Shown: piece after piece, positions 15,001 through 23,041 of the stretch
Numbering within the stretch: the stretch's first letter is position 1
Layout of the letters: each line of letters starts with the position of its first letter
From: Pristiophorus japonicus
Lineage: Eukaryota
DNA: 64,000 bases
Direction: 5' to 3'
Assembly (NCBI RefSeq): GCF_044704955.1
Contig: NC_091995.1
Span: forward strand, 53,382,001 to 53,446,000
Position numbers and translations under genes: made by a program
The notes under the pieces: model-generated
What the model was told of the DNA's origin: nothing
The model's input: the letters and a program-made list of their open reading frames with translations, nothing else
The model's database searches: none

Positions 15001-18000
15001 ACTCCATCAGTATTGCCCCTCAGACAGTGCAGCACTCCCTCACTACTGCCCCTCCGGCAGTGCGGCGCTCCCTCAGTACTGCCCCTCTGACATTGCAGCA
15101 TTCCCTCAGTACTGCCCCTCCGACAGTGCAGCACTTCCTGAGTACTGCCCCTCAGACAGTGCAGCGCTACCTCACTACTGCCCCTCTGGCAGTGCGGCGC
15201 TCCCTCAGTACTGTCCCTCCAACAGTGCAGCACTCGCTTAGTATTGCCCCTCCAACAGTGCAGCACTCCCTCAGTACTGCCCCTCCGACAGTGCAGCACT
15301 CCCTCAGTACTGCCACTTCGACAGTGCAGTGCTCCCTCAGTAGTGCCCCTCTGCCAGTGCAGCACTCCCTCAGTACTGCCCCTCCCACAGTGCAGCGCAC
15401 CCTCAGTACTACCCATCCGACAGTGCAGCGCTCCCTCAGTACTGCCCCTCAAAAAGTGCAGCGCTCCCTCACTACTGCCCCGCTGACAGTGCAGAATTCC
15501 TCAGTACTGCCCCTCCAACAGTGCAGCGCTCCCTCAGTACTGCCCCTCTGACAGTGCAGCATTCCCTGAGTGCTGCCCCTCCGACAATGCAGCACGCCCT
15601 CAGTACTGCCCCTCCGACAGTGCAGCGCTCCCTCAGTACTGCCCCTCCGCAGTGCAGCATGCTCTCAGTACTGCCCCTCCGACAGTGCAGCTCTCCCTCA
15701 GTACTGCCCCACCGATGGTGAAGCACTCCATCAGTACTGCCCCTCCGACAGTGCGGCGCTCCCTTAGTACTGCCCCTCCGACAGTGCAGCATTCCCTCAG
15801 TACTGCCGCTCCGACAGTGCAGCACTTCCTCAGTACTGCCCCTCAGACAGTGCAGCGCTCCCTCACTACTGCCCCTCCGGCAGTGCAGCGCTCTCTCAGT
15901 ACTGCCCCTCCCAAAGTCGAGCGCTCCCTCAGTACTGCCCTGCTCACAATGCAACACTCCCTCAGTACTACCCATCCGAGAATGCAGTGCTCACTCAGTA
16001 CTGCTCCCCTGACAGTGCAACGCTCCCTCAGTACTGCGCCTCCGACAGTGCGGCGCTCCCTCAGTACTGCTCCTCTGACAGTGCAACGCTCCCTCCAACA
16101 GTGCAACTCTCTCTCAGTACTCCGCCTCCAACAGTGCAGAGGCCCTCTGTACTTCCTCTCCGACAGAGCAGCCCTCTCTCAGTACTGTACCTCCGACAGT
16201 GCAGCAGTCCCTCAGTACTACTCCTCCAACAGTGCAAATCTCTCCCAGTACTGCCCTTCCCACAGTGCAGCACTCCCTCAGTACTGCCCCTCCAACAGTG
16301 CAGCGTTGCCTCAGTACTGTCCCTCCGACACAGCAGCGCTCCCTCAGTACTGCCCCTCCGACAGTGCAGCAGTCCCTCTGTACTGCCCCTTCTAAAGTGC
16401 ATTGCTCCATCAGTACCTCACCTCCAACAGCGCAGTGCTCCCTCAGTACTGTCCTCCCACAATGCAGCGCTCCCTCAGTACTGCCCCTCCGACAGTGCAG
16501 CACTCCATCAGTACTACCCCTCCGACAGTGCAGCGCTCCCTCAGTACTGTCATTCCAACAGTGCAGCACTCGCTCAGTATTGCCCCTCCGACAGTGCAGC
16601 AACTCCTCAGTACTTCCCCTCCGACAGTGCAGCACTCCCTCAGTAGTGCCCCTCCGACAGTGCAGCACTCTCTTAGTGCTGTCCCTCGGCCAGCGCAGCA
16701 CTCCCTCAATACTGTGCCTCTTACAGTGAAGCACTCCCTCAGTACTGCCCCTCCGACAGTGCAGCACACCCTCAGTACTGCCCCTTCGACAGTGCAGCAC
16801 TCCCTCAGTACTGCCCCTCCGACAGTGCAGCACTTCCTCACTACCGCCCCTCCGACAGTGCAGTACTCCCTCAGTACTGCCCCTCCAACAGCACAGCGCT
16901 CCCTCTGTACTACCCATCCCAAAGTCTAGCACTCCCTCAGTACTGCCCCTCCCACAGTGCAGTATTCCCTCAGTACTACCCCTCCGACAGTGCAGCGCTC
17001 TCTCAGTACTGCCTCTCCGACAGTGCAGCGCTCCCTCAGTACTACCCCTCCTACAGTGCAACACTCCCTCAGTACTACCCATCCCAAAGTCTAGCACTCC
17101 CTCAGTACTGCCCCTCCCAAAGTCTAGCACTCCCTCAGTATTGCCCCTCCCAAAGTGTAGCACTCCCTCAGTACTGCCCCTCCCAAAGTCGAGTGCTCCC
17201 TCAGTACTGCCCTGCTCACAATGCAACACTCCCTCAGTACTACCCATCCGAGAATGCAGTGCACCCTCAGTACTGCTCCTCTGACAGTGCAACGCTCCCT
17301 CAGTACTGCCCCTCCGACAGTGCAGCACTCCCTCAGTACTGCTCCTCTGACAGTGCAACGCTCCCTCCAACAGTGCAACTCTCTCTCAGTACTCCGCCTC
17401 CAACAGTGCAGTGGCCCTCTGTACTTCCCCTCCGACAGTGCAGCACTCTCTCAGTACTGTACCTCCGACAGTGCAGCAGTCCCTCAGTACTACTCCTCCA
17501 ACAGTGCAAATCTCTCCCAGTACTGCCCTTCCCACAGTGCAGCACTCCCTCAGTACTGCCCCTCCAACAGTGCAGCGTTGCCTCAGTACTGTCCCTCCGA
17601 CACTGCAGCGCTCCCTCAGTACTGCCCCTCAGACAGTGCAGCACTCCCTCTGTACTGCCCCTTCTAAAGTGCAGTGCTCCATCAGTACCTCACCTCCAAC
17701 AGCGCAGCGCTCCCTCAGTACTGCCCCTCCCACAATGCAGCACTCCCTCAGTACTGTACCTCCCACAATGCAGCACTCCCTCAGTACTGTACCTCCCACA
17801 ATGCAGCACTCCCTCAGTACTACCCCTCCGACAGTGCAGCACTTCCTCAGTCGTGCCCCTCCGACAGTGTGGTGCTCCCTCAGTACTGCCCCTCCAACAG
17901 TGCAGCAGCCCTCAGTACTGCCTTCGGACAGTGCAGTGCTCCCTCATTACTACCTCTCCGAAAGTGCAGCGCTCCCTCATTACTACCCCTCCGACAGTGC

Positions 18001-20244
18001 AGCACTCCCTCAGTACTGCCCCTCCGGAGTGCAGCGCTCCCTCATTACTACCCCTCCGACAGTGCAGCACTCCCAGTACTGCCCCTCCGACAGTACAGCG
18101 TTCCCTCAGTACTGTACCTCCGACAGCGCAGAATCGCTCAGTATTGCCCCTCCGACAGTACAGCGCTCCCTCAGTACTGTACCTCCGACAGTGCAGCAGT
18201 CCCTCAATACTACTGCTCCAACAGTGAAAATCTCTCCCAGTACTGCCCCTCCAAAAGTGCAGCGCTCCCTCAGTCCTACCCCTCCGACAGTGCAGCGCTC
18301 CCTCAGTCCTACCCCTCCGACAGTGCAGCGCTCCCTCAGTAGTGCCCCTCCGACAGTGCAGCACTCCCTCAGTACTGTCCCTCCGACAGTGCAGCACACC
18401 CTCAGTACTGCTCCTCTGACAGTGCAGCACTTCCCCACTACTGCCCCTCCGACAGTGCAATGCTCCCTCAGTACTGCCCCTCCAACAGCACAGCGCTCCC
18501 TCTGTAGTGCCCCTCCGCCATTGCAGCCCTCCCTCAGTACTGCCACTCCCACAGTGCAGCGCTCCCTCAGTACTACCCCTCCGCTAGTGCAGCGCTCCCT
18601 CAGTACTGCCTCTCCGACAGTGCAGCGCTCCCTCAGTACTGCTCCTCCTACAGTGCAACACTCCCTCAGTACTACCCATCCCAAAGTCGAGCACTCCCTC
18701 AGCATTGCCCCTTCTAAAGTCTTGCACTCCCTCAGTACTGCCCCTCCCAAAGTCGAGCGCTCCCTCAGTACTGCCCTGCTCACAATGCAACACTCCCTCA
18801 GTACTACCCATCCGAGAATGCAGTGCTCCCTCAGTACTGTCCCTCCGACAGTGCGGCGCTCCCTCAGTATTGCCCCTCCGACAGTGCAGCACACCCTGAG
18901 TACTGCCCCTCTGACAGTGCAGTGCTCCCTCAGTACTGACCCTCCCACAGTGCAGCACTCCCTCAGTACTACTCTTCCGACAATGCGGTGCTCCCTCTAC
19001 TGTCCCTCACACAGTGTGGCGCTCCCTCAGTACTGCCCCTCCGACAGTGCGGCGCTCCCTCGGTACTGCTGCTCCAAAATTGCAGCGCTCCCTCAGTACT
19101 GCCCCTCCGACATTGCAACTCTCCCTCAGCATTGAGCTTCCGACAGTATGGCGCTGCCTCAGTATTGCCCCTCCAACAGCGCAGCACTTCCACAGTCGTG
19201 CCCCTCCGGCAGTGTGGTGCTCCCTCAGTACTGCCCCTCCAACAGTGCAGCAGCCCTCATTACTTCCCCTCCGACAGTGCAGCACTCCCTCAGTACTGCC
19301 CCTCCGGAGTGCAGCGCTCCCTCATTACTACCCCTCCGACAGTGCAGCACTCCCAGTACTGCCCCTCCGACAGTACAGCGCTCCCTCAGTACTGTACCTC
19401 CGACAGTGCAGCAGTCCCTCAGTACTACTCCTCCAACAGTGCAAATCTCTCCCTGTACTGCCCTTCCCACAGTGCAGCACTCCCTCAGTACTACCCCTCC
19501 GACAGTGCAGCACTCCCTCGGTACTAACCCTCCGACAGTGCGGCGCTCCCTCAGTACTGCCCCTCCGACAGTGCAGCCCCTTCCTCACTACTGCCCCTAC
19601 GACAGTGCAGTGCTCCCTCAGCAGTGCCCCTCCGCCAGTGCAGCACTCGCTCAGTATTGCCTCTCCGACAGTGCAGCACTCCCTCAGTACTGCCCCTCCG
19701 ACAGTGCAGCACACCCTCAGTACTGCCCCTCCCACAATGCAGCACTCCCTCATTACTACCCCTCCGACAATGCAGCACTCCCTCAGTACTTACCCTCCCA
19801 CAATGCAGCACTCCCTCATTACTACCCCTCCGACAGTGCAGCACTCCCTCATTACTACCCCTCCGACAATGCAGCACTCCCTCAGTACTGTGCCTCCCAC
19901 AGTGCAGCACTCCCTCATTGCTACCCCTCCGACAGTGCAGCACTCCCTCAGTACTACCCCTCCGGAGTGCAGCGCTCCTTCATTACTACCCCTCCGACAG
20001 TGCAGCACTCCCAGTACTGCCCCTCCGACAGTACAGCGCTCCCTCAGTACTGTACCTCTGACAGCGCAGAATCCCTCACCACTGCACCTCCGACAGTGCA
20101 ACTCTCACAGAGTTGTGCCAATCGGATGGTGCAGCAATCCCTCACTATGGCCGCTCCGACTGTGTGGCGCTCCCTCAATACGGACCTTCCGACAGTGCAT
20201 TGCTCCCTCAGTACTGCCCCGCTGACAGTTCAGAATTCTTCAGT
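1..20244 (+). repeat. 33-bp satellite array, segment 1 (consensus CTCCCTCAGTACTGCCCCTCCGACAGTGCAGCA)
   Basis: Continuous head-to-tail 33-bp periodicity read directly. Translations repeat every 11 aa (LPQYCPSDSAA / SLSTAPPTVQH / PSVLPLRQCST). Recurrent variant monomers and occasional shortened monomers. The array runs off the left edge of the window. Confidence 0.98.
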
Positions 20245-20270
20245 CGGCCTTTTGGCTAAGATCATGCGTA
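20244..20270 (+). pseudogene. U2 snRNA 5' fragment (about nt 9-35, stem-loop I)
   Basis: TCGGCCTTTTGGCTAAGATCA (20244-20264) is a 21/21 match to vertebrate U2 nt 9-29 as recalled. It is followed by TGCGTA where U2 has AGTGTA. Confidence 0.92.
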
Positions 20271-20337
20271 ACTGACCTGACAGGGGAGTAACCATGACCC
20301 CAAAGTGGTTCTCCCTGGATCAGGAAGGTGGTTCTCC
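20271..20337 (+). pseudogene. U1 snRNA 5' fragment (about nt 3-51, stem-loop I) plus a second copy of loop I and the 3' stem arm
   Basis: ACTGACCTGACAGGGGAGTAACCATGACCCCAAAGTGGTTCTCCCTGG vs U1 ACTTACCTGGCAGGGGAGATACCATGATCACGAAGGTGGTTTTCCCAGG (about 39/49 by eye). GATCAGGAAGGTGGTTCTCC (20318-20337) vs U1 GATCACGAAGGTGGTTTTCC (18/20). Confidence 0.85.
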
Positions 20338-20340
20338 TAC

Positions 20341-20467
20341 GCTTTTTGGAAATAGTAGGTGGGTGGGGTGGCTTGACCCATCGACCTCCTCGGAGGTGTG
20401 TGGGGGGCCTGACCCATCCACCTCCATGGCACGAACCTGGTATTGCAGTACTTCCAGGAACGGTGCA
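20341..20467 (+). pseudogene. U2 snRNA 3' domain fragment: degenerate Sm site, two stem-loop III-like hairpins, stem-loop IV
   Basis: CTTTTTGGA (Sm-like, 20342-20350). Two related hairpins at ~20355-20389 and ~20392-20425 ending in ACCTCC. ACCTGGTATTGCAGTACTTCCAGGAACGGTGCA (20435-20467) is a 32/33 match to U2 stem-loop IV and the 3' end. Confidence 0.9.
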
Positions 20468-20495
20468 GTGGCTCCCGGCCTTTTGGCTAAGAGCA
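20468..20495 (+). pseudogene. second U2 snRNA 5' fragment (about nt 1-29)
   Basis: GTGGCTCCCGGCCTTTTGGCTAAGAGCA vs U2 ATCGCTTCTCGGCCTTTTGGCTAAGATCA. The last 20 nt match 19/20. Confidence 0.88.
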
Positions 20496-20592
20496 TTGGC
20501 GCAGAGTGATCCTTGATGTGTGCAAGGTGACCTCTGGCGTTTGTGATTTGACAAAGAATTGGAAAGATTGGCAACGAAAAATTAAAAAAAAA

Positions 20593-22693
20593 ACTGCCCC
20601 TTCAACAGTGCAGCGCTCCCTCAGTACTGCCCCTCTGACAGTGCAGCATTCCCTGAGTGCTGCCCCTCCGACAGTGCAGCACGCCCTCAGTACTGCCCCT
20701 CCCACAGTGCAGCGCTCCCTCAGTACTGCCCCTCCGACAGTACAGCGCTCCCTCAGTACTGTACCTCCGACAGCGCAGAATCCCTCAGTAGTGCCCCTCC
20801 GACAGTGCAGCACTCCCTCAGTACTGTCCCTCCGACAGTGCAGCACACCCTCAGTACTGCTCCTCTGACAGTGCAGCACTTCCCCACTACTGCCCCTCCG
20901 ACAGTGCAATGCTCCCTCAGTACTGCCCCTCCAACAGCACAGCGCTCCCTCTGTAGTGCCCCTCCGCCATTGCAGCCCTCCCTCAGTACTGCCACTCCCA
21001 CAGTGCAGCGCTCCCTCAGTACTACCCCTCCGCTAGTGCAGCGCTCCCTCAGTACTGCCTCTCCGACAGTGCAGCGCTCCCTCAGTACTGCTCCTCCTAC
21101 AGTGCAACACTCCCTCAGTACTACCCATCCCAAAGTCGAGCACTCCCTCAGCATTGCCCCTTCTAAAGTCTTGCACTCCCTCAGTACTGCCCCTCCCAAA
21201 GTCGAGCGCTCCCTCAGTACTGCCCTGCTCACAATGCAACACTCCCTCAGTACTACCCATCCGAGAATGCAGTGCTCCCTCAGTACTGTCCCTCCGACAG
21301 TGCGGCGCTCCCTCAGTATTGCCCCTCCGACAGTGCAGCACACCCTGAGTACTGCCCCTCTGACAGTGCAGTGCTCCCTCAGTACTGACCCTCCCACAGT
21401 GCAGCACTCCCTCAGTACTACTCTTCCGACAATGCGGTGCTCCCTCTACTGTCCCTCACACAGTGTGGCGCTCCCTCAGTACTGCCCCTCCGACAGTGCG
21501 GCGCTCCCTCGGTACTGCTGCTCCAAAATTGCAGCGCTCCCTCAGTACTGCCCCTCCGACATTGCAACTCTCCCTCAGCATTGAGCTTCCGACAGTATGG
21601 CGCTGCCTCAGTATTGCCCCTCCAACAGCGCAGCACTTCCACAGTCGTGCCCCTCCGGCAGTGTGGTGCTCCCTCAGTACTGCCCCTCCAACAGTGCAGC
21701 AGCCCTCATTACTTCCCCTCCGACAGTGCAGCACTCCCTCAGTACTGCCCCTCCGGAGTGCAGCGCTCCCTCATTACTACCCCTCCGACAGTGCAGCACT
21801 CCCAGTACTGCCCCTCCGACAGTACAGCGCTCCCTCAGTACTGTACCTCCGACAGTGCAGCAGTCCCTCAGTACTACTCCTCCAACAGTGCAAATCTCTC
21901 CCTGTACTGCCCTTCCCACAGTGCAGCACTCCCTCAGTACTACCCCTCCGACAGTGCAGCACTCCCTCGGTACTAACCCTCCGACAGTGCGGCGCTCCCT
22001 CAGTACTGCCCCTCCGACAGTGCAGCCCCTTCCTCACTACTGCCCCTACGACAGTGCAGTGCTCCCTCAGCAGTGCCCCTCCGCCAGTGCAGCACTCGCT
22101 CAGTATTGCCTCTCCGACAGTGCAGCACTCCCTCAGTACTGCCCCTCCGACAGTGCAGCACACCCTCAGTACTGCCCCTCCCACAATGCAGCACTCCCTC
22201 ATTACTACCCCTCCGACAATGCAGCACTCCCTCAGTACTTACCCTCCCACAATGCAGCACTCCCTCATTACTACCCCTCCGACAGTGCAGCACTCCCTCA
22301 TTACTACCCCTCCGACAATGCAGCACTCCCTCAGTACTGTGCCTCCCACAGTGCAGCACTCCCTCATTGCTACCCCTCCGACAGTGCAGCACTCCCTCAG
22401 TACTACCCCTCCGGAGTGCAGCGCTCCTTCATTACTACCCCTCCGACAGTGCAGCACTCCCAGTACTGCCCCTCCGACAGTACAGCGCTCCCTCAGTACT
22501 GTACCTCTGACAGCGCAGAATCCCTCACCACTGCACCTCCGACAGTGCAACTCTCACAGAGTTGTGCCAATCAGATGGTGCAGCAATCCCTCACTATGGC
22601 CGCTCCGACTGTGTGGCGCTCCCTCAATACGGACCTTCCGACAGTGCATTGCTCCCTCAGTACTGCCCCGCTGACAGTTCAGAATTCTTCAGT
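20593..22693 (+). repeat. 33-bp satellite array, segment 2
   Basis: Same monomer and orientation, lying between the two snRNA-derived inserts. Confidence 0.98.
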
Positions 22694-23041
22694 CGGCCTT
22701 TTGGCTAAGATCATGCGTAACTGACCTGACAGGGGAGTAACCATGACCCCAAAGTGGTTCTCCCTGGATCAGGAAGGTGGTTCTCCTACGCTTTTTGGAA
22801 ATAGTAGGTGGGTGGGGTGGCTTGACCCATCGACCTCCTCGGAGGTGTGTGGGGGGCCTGACCCATCCACCTCCATGGCACGAACCTGGTATTGCAGTAC
22901 TTCCAGGAACGGTGCAGTGGCTCCCGGCCTTTTGGCTAAGAGCATTGGCGCAGAGTGATCCTTGATGTGTGCAAGGTGACCTCTGGCGTTTGTGATTTGA
23001 CAAAGAATTGGAAAGATTGGCAACGAAAAATTAAAAAAAAA
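22694..23041 (+). mobile_element. snRNA-derived (U2/U1 mosaic) poly(A)-tailed retroposon, SINEU-like, copy 2
   Basis: No differences seen from 20245-20592 at offset +2449, including both flanks and the 10-A run. ORF translations at 20240/22689, 20294/22743, 20320/22769 and 20328/22777 are identical. Confidence 0.85.

Larger units (their letters stand above)
20245..20592 (+). mobile_element. snRNA-derived (U2/U1 mosaic) poly(A)-tailed retroposon, SINEU-like, copy 1
   Basis: Non-satellite 348-bp insert splitting a monomer (CAGAATTCTTCAGT | ACTGCCCCTTCAACAG; the uninterrupted form is seen at ~41531-41560). Contains U2 and U1 snRNA-homologous blocks and ends in ATT plus a 10-A run. Boundaries are +/-1 because of a shared T (5') and A (3'). 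Confidence 0.85.

Noticed and set aside
20269-20284. Branch point plus 3' splice site (CTGAC...CAG/G)
   Set aside because: There is no polypyrimidine tract or adequate spacing; the sequence is explained by the mutated U1 5' end.
20244-20495. Functional U2 or U1 snRNA gene
   Set aside because: The pieces are fragmented and rearranged, lack U2 branch-pairing/SL II and U1 SL II-IV, have satellite rather than a PSE/DSE upstream, and end in poly(A) rather than a 3' box.
20502-20536. SECIS element (TGAN/NGAN quartet)
   Set aside because: The upper helix is only 5 bp, there is no apical AAR motif, and no selenoprotein CDS lies upstream.
20240-20574. Short non-repetitive ORFs (62-104 aa) over the insert and its copy
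   Set aside because: They overlap snRNA-derived sequence in several frames and show no recognisable protein motif.
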